A stretch of 64,000 nt of DNA, from the NCBI GenBank assembly GCA_023247055.1, contig JAHFHF010000007.1, positions 2,186 to 66,185 on the forward strand. The letters run 5' to 3'. The translations under genes were made by a program, and so were the position numbers. Each line of letters starts with the position of its first letter. Position 1 is the stretch's first letter. This DNA is from Candidatus Omnitrophota bacterium. GTDB lineage: Bacteria; Omnitrophota; Omnitrophia; Omnitrophales; Aquincolibacteriaceae. Below the pieces are notes generated by a model. The model searched no databases. It had not been told where the DNA came from and saw only the letters and a list, made by a program, of their open reading frames with translations. Below are positions 9,389 to 18,336 of this stretch, in pieces.

Positions 9389-9568
9389 GACCAATCTTTC
9401 TTCTTGCCCCTCCGCGTCATGCGCAGGGACTTTGCCTCGGCGGCCAAGGAAGCCGCCGTAGGCAATCAGGACCAATCTTTCTTCTTGCCCCTCCGCGTCA
9501 TGCGCAGGGACTTTGCCTCGGCGGCCAAGGAAGCCGCCGTAGGCAATCAGGACCAATCTTTCTTCTTG
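9389..9568. repeat. 81-bp tandem direct repeat (2.2 copies) duplicating the 3' end of the bS22-like gene plus a GC hairpin
   Basis: Unit GACCAATCTTTCTTCTTGCCCCTCCGCGTCATGCGCAGGGACTTTGCCTCGGCGGCCAAGGAAGCCGCCGTAGGCAATCAG at 9389..9469 and 9470..9550 with a partial third copy. Each unit has the hairpin CGGCGGC-TTCCTTG-GCCGCCG. Confidence 0.85.
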
Positions 9569-9645
9569 TGCCGGTGCTTGCGCAATTTCTTCTTGCGCTT
9601 GTGCTTATTCATTTTTTTCTTGCGCTGCTTATGTGCCCAGGGCAT
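9547..9645 (-). CDS. small basic ribosomal protein, bS22-like (32 aa); absent from the ORF track
   Basis: Minus-strand ORF MPWAHKQRKKKMNKHKRKKKLRKHRHKKKDWS is preceded by a perfect Shine-Dalgarno AAGGAGA at 8-nt spacing. The pattern KRRKRMxKKKHRKLL resembles the bS22 family of tiny ribosomal proteins. Confidence 0.45.
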   Translation of the reverse strand: MPWAHKQRKKKMNKHKRKKKLRKHRHKKKDWS

Positions 9646-9665
9646 TAAGGTCTCCTTAAATGCTT

Positions 9666-9812
9666 AGTCGTGAGTCGTTAGTCTTGAGTTGTGAGACAAT
9701 AAAAAATTTAAAACCCACCGAACTGTTAATCGTGAATGATGAGTAAAACCGTAAAAAAATAAGGCCTCACGCTTTCAACGCTTTACTCAAGACCCATCCC
9801 TCAAGACTCACG
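9666..9812. repeat. intergenic cassette flanked by inverted arms of GTGAGTC-type tandem 6-7-mers
   Basis: Left arm AGTCGTGAGTCGTTAGTCTTGAGTTGTGAG (9666..9696). Right arm ACTCAAGACCCATCCCTCAAGACTCACGACT (9781..9812), its imperfect reverse complement. About 85 nt of unique sequence between them. Confidence 0.75.
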
Positions 9813-9818
9813 ACTGTT

Positions 9819-10691
9819 TTAAGGTATGACTTTATTAAGCGGATATTCCACGATGCCGGATGCGCCGGCTTTTTTCAATGCCGGAATGATTTCACGGACG
9901 ACAGCTTCATCGACGACCGTATCAATGTCATACCAGCCTTTTTGCGAAAGGCCGGAAATCGTAGGGGTTTTAAGCGCCGGGAGAATGGCCAAAACTTTTT
10001 TCAGATCTTTTTCAGCCACGTTCATTTTCAGGCCAACTTTTTCCTGGGCCCGGATAGCCCCTTCCAGCAGAAGGACAAGATTGTCCATTTTCCTTTTCTT
10101 CCATGCATCCTTATAGCTTTGTTTATTTGCGATGAATTTTGGAACCGAGGTGAGCAGAGTGTCCAGGATACGAAGATTATTCGCCCGTAAACTGGAGCCG
10201 GTCTCGGTCGCTTCGACAATGGCATCCGCCAGCTTCGGCGGTTTGACTTCCGTGGCGCCCCAGGAAAATTCGACTTCCGCCGTGACTTTGTGCTGCTTGA
10301 GGTAGCGCTTCGTGACTTCCATCAGTTCCGTAGAGATTTTCTTGCCGTTCAGGTCTTTGACACTCTTAAATGGCGAATCGTTGTGGACCGCCAGAACCCA
10401 GCGCACGGGATTGCTGGAGACTTTCGAGTATTTCAACTCGCAAAGTTCGACGACATCCGAGTCGTTCTCAACAATCCAGTCATGGCCGGTCAGGCCGCAG
10501 TCTACGACGCCATCTTCGATATAACGCGGCATTTCCTGGGGCCGAAAAAGGACGATTTCGAGTTCTTTATCATCAACGGTCGGAAAATAAGAACGCGAAC
10601 TGATGTTAATGTTGAAACCGGCACGCTTGAATAAGTTGCAGGTGGCTTCTTGCAGGCTGCCTTTGGGAAGAGCTATTTTGAGAGTCGCCAT
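9819..10691 (-). CDS. hisG: ATP phosphoribosyltransferase, long form with C-terminal regulatory domain
   Basis: [15 protein letters not shown]... HisG N-terminus plus a C-terminal HisG_C-like region. Start set at the internal ATG (10691). Confidence 0.85.
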   Translation of the reverse strand: MATLKIALPKGSLQEATCNLFKRAGFNINISSRSYFPTVDDKELEIVLFRPQEMPRYIEDGVVDCGLTGHDWIVENDSDVVELCELKYSKVSSNPVRWVLAVHNDSPFKSVKDLNGKKISTELMEVTKRYLKQHKVTAEVEFSWGATEVKPPKLADAIVEATETGSSLRANNLRILDTLLTSVPKFIANKQSYKDAWKKRKMDNLVLLLEGAIRAQEKVGLKMNVAEKDLKKVLAILPALKTPTISGLSQKGWYDIDTVVDEAVVREIIPALKKAGASGIVEYPLNKVIP

Positions 10692-10798
10692 AGGGTTCGG
10701 GATTCTATCTTTTTGCTTGTGGGGTGTCAATGGCGCCCTTTATACTTGCCTCTAAGGGACAGCATGTTTACCCGCCGCGTTCGCCATGACTGCTTCGG

Positions 10799-11584
10799 AT
10801 GGATCCGCTGACGCTTCAATGGCGGACTTTGTGGAGGGCCTGTCCCCTACTTATGACTGAAACCGGCCTCGAAAATTTCATGACTTTTCTCAGCGCCGCG
10901 GCAGGCGCCGGGCTGGCCATGCGTTTCCGCTTTACGCACCGCCAGCTTTGCGCCCTGATCAGCTTTGCCTCCGGCTCACTCTTTGGCGCGGCCGCCTTCC
11001 ATATTACACCGCATGCGCTGGAACATTTCAGCCTTTGGGCCACGGCCCTGACGCTTTTTTCCGGCTATGCCCTTTTTTACCTGATCAGCCGCTATGTCTC
11101 ACACATCTGTCCCGCCTGCTCGGCCAGCCACTTTGAAGAACATGAAAAAGAGCAGCACCGCGACACATCGCTCTTGCTCCTGGCTGGGGCCTTAACCTTA
11201 CACAGTATGCTCGACGGCCTGACGGTCGCCTTCGGCCACCACCATGGCGGCGGTTCTCAAATCTCGCTCACCATCCTGATCCATAAATTCCCGGAAGGTT
11301 TTGCGCTCTGCGCCCTTTTGATCAAAGCTGGATTTGCCGCGCCGCGCGCAGCCGCTCTGGCGGTTTTTCTGGAATCCTCCACATTGGCAGGCTGGGCGCT
11401 GGGAACTTTTTTACTGCAGCGCTTTGGCTGGACAAGCACGCTCGATTTGATCCTCATCCACACAGGCGGAGGATTTATCTTTTTGGCCCTGCATGCACTC
11501 CTCAATGAAGCGCGTAAACACTCGCCCGTCCTGCCGCTGATTTCATTTGCGGCGGGCGCTGCACTGATTCTTTTAGTCCACTAA
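10799..11584 (+). CDS. ZIP family metal (zinc) transporter
   Basis: Multi-TM protein with a His-rich loop (HFEEHEKEQH, GHHHGGGS) and a ZIP-type HxxxD/E motif. The true start may be the downstream ATG (MTETG...). Confidence 0.7.
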   Translation: MDPLTLQWRTLWRACPLLMTETGLENFMTFLSAAAGAGLAMRFRFTHRQLCALISFASGSLFGAAAFHITPHALEHFSLWATALTLFSGYALFYLISRYVSHICPACSASHFEEHEKEQHRDTSLLLLAGALTLHSMLDGLTVAFGHHHGGGSQISLTILIHKFPEGFALCALLIKAGFAAPRAAALAVFLESSTLAGWALGTFLLQRFGWTSTLDLILIHTGGGFIFLALHALLNEARKHSPVLPLISFAAGAALILLVH

Positions 11585-11593
11585 CGCGACACG

Positions 11594-11693
11594 CCCCCCC
11601 CTCTTAATCTCCCCCCGAAAAGCACGGGGGGAGAAATAAAATATTAAGACAACTTTATTGTTTCCTCCCCCGTGCTTTCCGAGGGAGGACTAA
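11594..11693. repeat. C-rich palindromic repeat, family B copy 1, between the convergent ZIP-transporter and tsaD genes
   Basis: CCCCTCTTAATCTCCCCCCGAAAAGCACGGGGGGAGAAATAAAA ... TTTCCTCCCCCGTGCTTTCCGAGGGAGGACTAA. Two hairpins (TCTCCCCCC/GGGGGGAGA and TCCTCCC/GGGAGGA) that are mutually inverse. Confidence 0.8.
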
Positions 11694-11720
11694 GGTGGGG
11701 GGGGATAAACTAGCCCGACG

Positions 11721-12749
11721 TTATGCACTAATTTTGAGATTCGGATTGGCCGCAAGGTTAAGGCTGGATTTTTTTCCGCTCTGAAAACATTCCCAGCCGC
11801 GGCAGGCAATCATGGCCGCATTGTCCCCTGAGAGCGGCAAGGGCGAAAGCCAAAGTTTGACCCCGGCTGCAGCGGTTTCTTGCGCCATACGCGCGCGCAA
11901 ATGCGAATTGGCGCTGACGCCTCCCCCGACGGCGACATGCCCCGCTTTTTTAAGCTGCACGGCATCCATAGTTTTTTCTACAAGCCAGCTAATGGCGTGA
12001 CGCTGGAAGCTTGCGGCCACATCGCGGCGTAATTGTTCTTCATCTTGTTCGTTCCAGCCTGCGCGGCTTCTGGCTTTTTGCACATGGTAAAGCACGGCGG
12101 TCTTGATGCCGCTGTAGCTGAAACCAAACCGGTTTTTTTGTTTGGGCTTGGTGAAAGCAACGGCGTCTGGATTGCCCTCTTTGGCCAGGCGGTCCAGCAC
12201 CGGCCCCCCGGGGAAACCCAGTCCGAGGATTTTGGCGACCTTGTCATAGGCTTCGCCCACCGCATCATCGACGGTTTCGCCCAGCACCTCGATTTTTTTT
12301 CGCCGGTGATGCGTAATCATCGTATGTCCGCCGGAAACCAGCAGACCGATAAATTCCGCCGCGCGTTTAGCGCCGCTCTCAGGCACCATGAAACAGGCTG
12401 AGAGATGCGCTTCAAGGTGATTGACCCCCATCAAGGGAATCTTCAGGCGATAGCTCAAGGCTTTGCCGAAACAGACGCCGACGAGCAGCGAGCCGATGAG
12501 TCCCGGGCCTGCGGTGACGGCCACTAAATCCAAGTCCGCCGGCTTTACTCCGGCTTGCTTGAGGGCCTGCTCAAAAACAAAATCAACCTGTTCCAGCGAA
12601 TGGCGCGAAGCAATCTCAGGCACGACGCCGCCGAAGGGCTGGTGTTTGAACAAGCTGGAGGAAATGATGTTAGAGCGGATTTTGAAACCATTTTCGACCA
12701 CGGCGGCCGAAGTTTCATCGCAGGAAGTTTCAAGACCGAGAGTGAGCAT
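11721..12749 (-). CDS. tsaD: tRNA N6-adenosine threonylcarbamoyltransferase
   Basis: MLTLGLETSCDETSAAVV... Kae1/TsaD N-terminus, metal-binding His pair (GVNHLEAH), and a conserved C-terminal region. Start at the internal ATG 12749. Confidence 0.9.
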   Translation of the reverse strand: MLTLGLETSCDETSAAVVENGFKIRSNIISSSLFKHQPFGGVVPEIASRHSLEQVDFVFEQALKQAGVKPADLDLVAVTAGPGLIGSLLVGVCFGKALSYRLKIPLMGVNHLEAHLSACFMVPESGAKRAAEFIGLLVSGGHTMITHHRRKKIEVLGETVDDAVGEAYDKVAKILGLGFPGGPVLDRLAKEGNPDAVAFTKPKQKNRFGFSYSGIKTAVLYHVQKARSRAGWNEQDEEQLRRDVAASFQRHAISWLVEKTMDAVQLKKAGHVAVGGGVSANSHLRARMAQETAAAGVKLWLSPLPLSGDNAAMIACRGWECFQSGKKSSLNLAANPNLKISA

Positions 12750-12775
12750 GAATAAGCACCGAGCACCGGGCACCG

Positions 12776-12873
12776 GGCACCGAGCTGTAAAAAAACTTAA
12801 ACGTCACAACAATAATTGACTCGATGACGCCGCGTATTTTTTCGGTGCTCGGTGCTTTGTGCTAGGTGCTAAT
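12776..12873. repeat. intergenic cassette flanked by inverted arms of GCACCG(A/G) tandem 6-mers
   Basis: AGCACCGAGCACCGGGCACCGGGCACCGAGC ... CGGTGCTCGGTGCTTTGTGCTAGGTGCT. Confidence 0.75.
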
Positions 12874-14337
12874 TTTTAATTTTTTCTCAAGAATTTCATT
12901 AACCATTTTGGGATTTGCCTTGCCCTTGGTTTCTTTCATGACTTGGCCGACTAAGAATCCAAGCGCCTGCTGTTTGCCGGCGCGAAAATCCTCAACCGAT
13001 TTGGGATTGGCGGCAAGGGCTTTGTCCACGGCTTCTTCGATCTGCTTTGTGTCCGTCACTTGCACCAGGCCTTTTTCTTTGACAATCGCCTCGGCGGACT
13101 TGCCAGTTTCAAACATTTCAGGCAGGACGTCTTTAGCGATTTTACCGCTGATGGTGTTGTTTTCGATTAAACGCACTAGGCCGGCAAGATCTGCGGGTTT
13201 GACCGGAGAATTTTCAATGGAGATTTTTTTAGAGTTCAAAAGAGCAAGCAGCTCCGATTGAATCCAATTGCTGGTCAGCTTTGCGCCAGCTTTTTCTTTG
13301 ATCGCGGCCTCAAAGTAATTGGCCAGTTTCCTATCCTGCACAAGCGTATAAGCGTCATAAGGAGACAGCCCGTGATCGCGGATCAAACGCTTGGCGCGGT
13401 CTGCAGGCAGTTCCGGTAGGGTCGCGCGGATTTTCTCCACCGATTCGCGTGAAAGCGTAAACGGCACAAGATCCGGTTCGGGAAAATAGCGGTAATCATG
13501 GGCTTCTTCCTTAGAACGCATCAGAAACGTCTGGCCTTTATCGTCGTTCCAGAGCCGTGTTTCCTGAGAAATTTTTTCGCCGCTTTCGAGGACTTTCGTA
13601 TGGCGTTCCACCTCGTATTGAATGGCTTTTTGCACGGCCTTAAAAGAATTGAGGTTTTTAATTTCCACGCGCGTGCCGAATTTCGCTTCACCCTTGGGAC
13701 GGATAGACACGTTGGCATCGCAGCGCAAGCTGCCCTCTTCCATATTGCAATCGCTGACTTCCAGGTATTCCAGCACGGCTTTCAGCGCTAAAAGATACGC
13801 ATAAGCTTCTTCGGGTGAGCGCAGATCGGGCTCGGAAACAATTTCGAGGAGTGGAATGCCGCCGCGGTTGTAGTCCACCAAACTGCCGTCTTTGACACCC
13901 TCATGTACCAGCTTGCCCGCATCCTCTTCAAGATGCGCGCGCGTAATGCCGATCCGTTTTTCTTCCAGGCTGCCGTCCGCACGTTTGAGGTCAATCAACA
14001 GATGCCCGCCTTTATTGACTGGCATGTCGAATTGGGAAATCTGATACGCCTTGGGCAAATCGGGATAAAAATAATTTTTCCGGTCAAACTTCAAACGCTC
14101 CGCAATTTCAGCATTCAGGGCAAGGCCCGTTTTAACAGCAAACTTCAGGGCCTGTTCGTTGAGCACAGGCAGCGAACCCGGCCACCCCAAACACACGGGG
14201 CATGTGTTGCGGTTGGGCTCGGAACCAAAAGTGGTCGGGCAAGCGCAGAACAATTTGGACTTGGTGTCCAATTGCACGTGCACTTCAAGACCGATAACCG
14301 TCTCGTAATTAGTCGTGAGTCGTGAGTTGTCAGTCAT
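12862..14337 (-). CDS. gatB: aspartyl/glutamyl-tRNA(Asn/Gln) amidotransferase subunit B
   Basis: YETVIGLEVHVQL GatB N-terminus and a C-terminal GatB/YqeY domain. The first 10 codons lie in a GTCGTGAGT tandem-repeat block. Confidence 0.9.
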   Translation of the reverse strand: MTDNSRLTTNYETVIGLEVHVQLDTKSKLFCACPTTFGSEPNRNTCPVCLGWPGSLPVLNEQALKFAVKTGLALNAEIAERLKFDRKNYFYPDLPKAYQISQFDMPVNKGGHLLIDLKRADGSLEEKRIGITRAHLEEDAGKLVHEGVKDGSLVDYNRGGIPLLEIVSEPDLRSPEEAYAYLLALKAVLEYLEVSDCNMEEGSLRCDANVSIRPKGEAKFGTRVEIKNLNSFKAVQKAIQYEVERHTKVLESGEKISQETRLWNDDKGQTFLMRSKEEAHDYRYFPEPDLVPFTLSRESVEKIRATLPELPADRAKRLIRDHGLSPYDAYTLVQDRKLANYFEAAIKEKAGAKLTSNWIQSELLALLNSKKISIENSPVKPADLAGLVRLIENNTISGKIAKDVLPEMFETGKSAEAIVKEKGLVQVTDTKQIEEAVDKALAANPKSVEDFRAGKQQALGFLVGQVMKETKGKANPKMVNEILEKKLKIST

Positions 14338-14809
14338 GAGTTTAATTATCAGTCTTCAGTTGTGAGTCGTGAGTCTCGAGTTTCGAGTTTTGTGATATCA
14401 ATTTTGAATTAGCAGCAATATTTATTTTTTTTAAAAGAGCCTGCGTCATCTTGCAAATTTCTTCATTCTTGAATAGCAGTTCGTTATAGCAAGCAGGCGC
14501 GATATAGCCTAACCGCCGTGCGACGTCCAACTGCGTTTCAATTTCCCCCAATGATCCCAAAGCGATAGATAAAAACTGACGGTACTCTTTAAAATGCTTT
14601 CTGCGGAATCCTTCCGCAATATTGCACGGAACTGAAACTGCAGCACGACGCATTTGAACTATCAGTCCGAATTGTTCATCCCGCGGAAACGCTTTTGTAA
14701 CCTGATAAATCTCCTCAACAAACGCGATCCCTTTTTGCCAGATCACCAAATCTCTAAAACTTTTTATCTTTTCACTCAAGACTCATCCCTCACGACTCAT
14801 GACAAAATA
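14311..14809. repeat. GTGAGTC-type inverted-arm cassette enclosing the four-helix-bundle protein gene between gatA and gatB
   Basis: Blocks TAGTCGTGAGTCGTGAGTTGTCAGTCATGAG (14311..14340) and GTCTTCAGTTGTGAGTCGTGAGTCTCGAGTTTCGAGT (14350..14395) oppose CACTCAAGACTCATCCCTCACGACTCATGAC (14771..14809). Confidence 0.75.
14342..14779 (-). CDS. four-helix-bundle protein (23S rRNA intervening-sequence protein family)
   Basis: KSFRDLVIWQKGIAFVEEIY...AAVSVPCNIAEGFRRKHFKEYRQFLSIALGSLGEIETQLDVARRLGY matches the TIGR02436/PF05635 family. TTG start at 14779 with SD GAGGGA. C-terminal 25 codons read through the flanking repeat block. Confidence 0.75.
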   Translation of the reverse strand: MSEKIKSFRDLVIWQKGIAFVEEIYQVTKAFPRDEQFGLIVQMRRAAVSVPCNIAEGFRRKHFKEYRQFLSIALGSLGEIETQLDVARRLGYIAPACYNELLFKNEEICKMTQALLKKINIAANSKLISQNSKLETHDSQLKTDN

Positions 14810-16224
14810 GGTTTTTGTTTAAATAATTGCAATTCCTGTTCCAACGCATAGCCGGCACGCAGCAGCGTGGTTTCTTCAAAAGGACGGCCCATAAGCTGCA
14901 GGCCGATGGGCAGTTTGCCGCCGGCAAAGCCGCAGGGCACTGACAGCGCGGGCACACCGGCTAAATTGGCCGGAATGGTGAAGATGTCTGAAAGGTACAT
15001 CGCAATGGGATCGGCTGTTTTCTCGCCGATTTTAAAGGCCGGGGTCGGGGTCGTCGGCCCGAGAATAAGGTCGACTTCTTTAAACGCTTTCTGAAAATCA
15101 TCGCGGATCAGGGTGCGCACTTTCTGGCCCTGCCGGTAATAGGCATCGTAGTAACCTGCGGACAACACAAACGTCCCGAGCAAAATGCGACGTTTGGCCT
15201 CGGCGCCAAAGCCTTCGCTGCGGGTATTGAAATAAAGCTCTTTCAAGTCTTTGCCCGGCATTCTGGCACCGTAACGTACGCCATCATAGCGGCCCAGGTT
15301 GGAACTGGCTTCAGCGACGGCCACAATGTAGTAAACCGCCACCGAGTGGGGCGTATGCGGCAGCGAGACGGTGCGGATTTCAGCGCCAAGCTTGCGGTAA
15401 ATTTCAGCCGCATCGCGTACGCTTTTCTCAATTTCAGGATCAAGGCCTTCAATAAAAAATTCTTTAGGCAAACCGATCTTAAGGCCGCGCATATCTTTTT
15501 GCAAAGCGCCTGTGTAATCCGGCACCGTCATTTTGGCTGAGGTGGAATCGCGTGCATCATGCCCGGCGAGAATGTTCATCATCAGCGCCGTATCTTCGAC
15601 GGTTTTTGTAATGGGTCCGATCTGATCAAAACTCGATCCGAAAGCAATCAGGCCGTAACGTGAAACCAGACCGTAAGTTGGCTTCAAACCCACCACGCCG
15701 CAAAAAGCCGCCGGTTGACGAATCGAACCGCCCGTGTCGCTGCCCAATGCGGCAAAAGCCATGTCTGCGGCCACAGCCGCGGCCGAACCGCCGCTGGAAC
15801 CGCCGGGAACCCGTTCCAAATCCCACGGGTTACGCACCGGTCCATGCGCGGAAGTCTCAGAAGAAGACCCAAAAGCAAACTCATCCATATTGGCTTGCGC
15901 AAAAATGACGCCGCCGGCCTGTTTAATTTTTTCAACCGCTGCTGCGTCATACGGCGGAATATGCCCTTTAAGGATTTTAGAAGCACACGTTGTTTCCCAG
16001 CCGTCGATGCAGATATTGTCTTTGATCGCAATAGGAATGCCGGACAGCAGCAGGCCTTGCGCGCCGGATTGACTGACTGCCTTGGCCGCATCAAAGCGCA
16101 CAAACGCATTGATCTTAGGATTGAGCGCCGCCGCACGGTTACGAACAGAGGCCAGGACGCCGGCGCTGTCTTCGCGCGCCGCCTTTTGGGCTTCCTTTAA
16201 AGTCAGGGAGAAATACTCGGACAT
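14797..16224 (-). CDS. gatA: glutamyl-tRNA(Gln) amidotransferase subunit A
   Basis: 475 aa amidase-signature protein ([13 protein letters not shown], Ser-cisSer-Lys triad context). Confidence 0.9.
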   Translation of the reverse strand: MSEYFSLTLKEAQKAAREDSAGVLASVRNRAAALNPKINAFVRFDAAKAVSQSGAQGLLLSGIPIAIKDNICIDGWETTCASKILKGHIPPYDAAAVEKIKQAGGVIFAQANMDEFAFGSSSETSAHGPVRNPWDLERVPGGSSGGSAAAVAADMAFAALGSDTGGSIRQPAAFCGVVGLKPTYGLVSRYGLIAFGSSFDQIGPITKTVEDTALMMNILAGHDARDSTSAKMTVPDYTGALQKDMRGLKIGLPKEFFIEGLDPEIEKSVRDAAEIYRKLGAEIRTVSLPHTPHSVAVYYIVAVAEASSNLGRYDGVRYGARMPGKDLKELYFNTRSEGFGAEAKRRILLGTFVLSAGYYDAYYRQGQKVRTLIRDDFQKAFKEVDLILGPTTPTPAFKIGEKTADPIAMYLSDIFTIPANLAGVPALSVPCGFAGGKLPIGLQLMGRPFEETTLLRAGYALEQELQLFKQKPILS

Positions 16225-16227
16225 GCG

Positions 16228-16515
16228 TTAGGATTCTTTATCGACGGTCTTGGGGACCTTAAAAAACGAAGCTTCGGATTGAGGGGCTTGTTTAAGGGCT
16301 TTGTCGCGAACGGTACTGACAACGACTTCATCCGGGCGATAGACATTTTCAAGATTGAGTACGTGGCTGGTGGTTTCGACGCCGGTCGTGTCCAAGCCTT
16401 TGAGTTGCTCGACATACGAAAGAATAGCACCCAGGTCTTTTTCCAACTTGGTTTTTTCTTCCGGCTTCAGATGCAGGCGTGCCAATTCAGCGATTTTTTC
16501 AATATGGAACGACAT
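16228..16515 (-). CDS. gatC: aspartyl/glutamyl-tRNA amidotransferase subunit C
   Basis: About 95 aa, MSFHIEKIAELARLHLKPEEKTKLEKDL... is the GatC signature. Directly upstream of gatA. Start at the internal ATG. Confidence 0.8.
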   Translation of the reverse strand: MSFHIEKIAELARLHLKPEEKTKLEKDLGAILSYVEQLKGLDTTGVETTSHVLNLENVYRPDEVVVSTVRDKALKQAPQSEASFFKVPKTVDKES

Positions 16516-16520
16516 ACGGC

Positions 16521-16979
16521 TTAATGCCCTTCGTGATAAGGCAGGCGCTTGACGATGGTCCAGGCACGGTAGATTTGTTCTGAGGCAACGACAGCAGCAA
16601 GTTCGTGCGGAAGAGTCAGTGGACCGAAGCACCAGCGCAGGTCCGGCGCAAGCGCCAGCATGTCTTTGTCGGTGAACCCATTGGGTCCGCCAATGACAAT
16701 CACAAGCTGTTTGACGCCGCCATCGGCCATCTGGGTCAAACGCCGCGCCAAGTCTTCGGAAGAAAGCATACGGCTGCCGGTGCCGCGGTCACAGGCCCAG
16801 ACGGTCGGGCGTTTTTTGGCCGGCAATTCGCGCGAAAGCGCAGGCGCGATCTCGCAAGGCGCAAATGGATGGATGCGCCCGGTATAGTCTGAAAAAAGTT
16901 CGTAAGCAGGTTTATGCTTAAAACTCTTGGCGCCGGCCTGGCCGTTGCCGACCCAATCAAGGTGAAAGGTAATTTTCAT
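16521..16979 (-). CDS. rlmH: 23S rRNA (pseudouridine1915-N3)-methyltransferase RlmH
   Basis: MKITFHLDWVGNGQAG...VIVIGGPNGF...SLGPLTLPHELA is the SPOUT/YbeA pattern. Start at the internal ATG 16979. Confidence 0.8.
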   Translation of the reverse strand: MKITFHLDWVGNGQAGAKSFKHKPAYELFSDYTGRIHPFAPCEIAPALSRELPAKKRPTVWACDRGTGSRMLSSEDLARRLTQMADGGVKQLVIVIGGPNGFTDKDMLALAPDLRWCFGPLTLPHELAAVVASEQIYRAWTIVKRLPYHEGH

Positions 16980-17033
16980 AGGAAACGGTATTATACTCCT
17001 TATTTGGACGAATGTCACAGCCGCAAAGAAAAA

Positions 17034-17077
17034 GGTGCCAGGCCCCTGCTGGCACCTGGTGGTGGTGCCAGGCACCC
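17034..17077. promoter_or_regulatory. GGTGCCAGG palindromic motif in the rlmH / HDAC-like divergent intergenic region
   Basis: GGTGCCAGGCCCCTGCTGGCACC (8-bp inverted repeat) followed by GGTGCCAGGCACC. Confidence 0.5.
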
Positions 17078-17094
17078 TGTACAATTGTTGTACA

Positions 17095-18048
17095 ATGATC
17101 TCCATGACTACAGGCCTTGTTTATGACCCGCGGTTTCTCGATCATTGGGCCGGTGAAGGACATCCGGAGTGCCCCGAAAGACTATCGGCAGTCCTGAATC
17201 ATCTCGAAAAACTACCCTGGTTTGCGTCCTTGCCTCGCATAGTCCCCCGCATTGCGGAAGAAAACTGGCTGCGCCAAATTCATTCGAAAGAATATCTAAA
17301 ACGCGCGGCCGAAACCTGCCAAAGCGGGGCCCCGCTTTTGGATACGCCGGATGTCGGCATCAATGAAAAATCCTTTTCAACCGCCTTGCTGGCAGCGGGA
17401 AGCGTTCTGGAATTAGCAGACCGCCTGATGACAAAAAAAATTCAAAACGGCTTTGCGCTGCTGCGACCGCCGGGCCATCACGCAGAGCGCGACACGGCCA
17501 TGGGATTCTGCCTGTTAAACAACATGGCCATTCTCGCCCGCTACCTTCAGCAAAAGCACGGCCTTGAAAAAATCGTCATTCTTGATTGGGACGTGCACCA
17601 CGGCAACGGCACCCAGCATGCCTTTGAAAACGATCCCAGCGTTTTTTATATCAGCACGCACCAATTTCCTTTTTATCCCGGGACGGGCCGTTCCACAGAA
17701 ACCGGCACCGGCCGGGGCCAAGGGTTTACGCTCAACTGTCCCCTGCGCGCAGGCTCCGGCGATTTTGAATACGAACAAGCTTTCAACCTGCATATCCTGC
17801 CCGCGATCGAATCTTACAAACCGGACGCGATTTTAATTTCCGCGGGCTTTGATGCGCACCGCGCGGACCCGCTCGGCGGCATGAATCTCAGCACAGAATT
17901 TTTCGGCTGGATGACCGAGCGCATGATGGAAGCAGCCCACAAACACTGTTCCGGCCGGATTCTCGCCCTGTTGGAGGGCGGCTATAATTTACAAGCGCTG
18001 CCGCTGTGTGTGGAAAAGCACCTGCAAGTTTTAAATGGCAAGAGATAA
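17095..18048 (+). CDS. histone deacetylase-family protein (AcuC/AphA-like amidohydrolase)
   Basis: Class I/II HDAC motifs LRPPGHHAE, DWDVHHGNGTQ, and a glycine-rich loop (FYPGTG). Confidence 0.8.
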   Translation: MISMTTGLVYDPRFLDHWAGEGHPECPERLSAVLNHLEKLPWFASLPRIVPRIAEENWLRQIHSKEYLKRAAETCQSGAPLLDTPDVGINEKSFSTALLAAGSVLELADRLMTKKIQNGFALLRPPGHHAERDTAMGFCLLNNMAILARYLQQKHGLEKIVILDWDVHHGNGTQHAFENDPSVFYISTHQFPFYPGTGRSTETGTGRGQGFTLNCPLRAGSGDFEYEQAFNLHILPAIESYKPDAILISAGFDAHRADPLGGMNLSTEFFGWMTERMMEAAHKHCSGRILALLEGGYNLQALPLCVEKHLQVLNGKR

Positions 18049-18100
18049 GCGGTAAGGGAGAGAGAAAATCGCGCTCGATATTAAAGATTAACGTCGTGTG

Positions 18101-18231
18101 TCCCCCCTCTTAATCTCCCCCCGGAAAGCACGGAGGGAGAAATAAAAAAGATTCTAGAGTGGCCCCCCTATTTTTCGGGAGAAACGGTTTTGGTTCTATT
18201 TCCTCCCCCGTGCTCTCCGGGGGAGGACTAA
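18101..18231. repeat. family B repeat copy 2, between the convergent HDAC-like gene and giant-gene ends
   Basis: TCCCCCCTCTTAATCTCCCCCCGGAAAGCACGGAGGGAGAAATAAAAAAG ... TTTCCTCCCCCGTGCTCTCCGGGGGAGGACTAA. About 90 percent identical to copy 1. Confidence 0.8.
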
Positions 18232-18336
18232 CGCTTACGCAGGCTTCCTTGGCCTGCGAAGCGTTGTGCCTGAATAAAGATTTCAGGCTTAAGGTGGGGG
18301 AGAAAACAGCCATAAACCCGCACACGACATTCAAGA

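Noticed and set aside
9221-9556. 111-aa minus-strand ORF with internal peptide repeat (LIAYGGFLGRRGKVPAHDAEGQEER, twice)
   Set aside because: It is the translation of the 81-bp tandem DNA repeat downstream of the bS22-like gene. It starts at a TTG inside the repeat and has no independent support.
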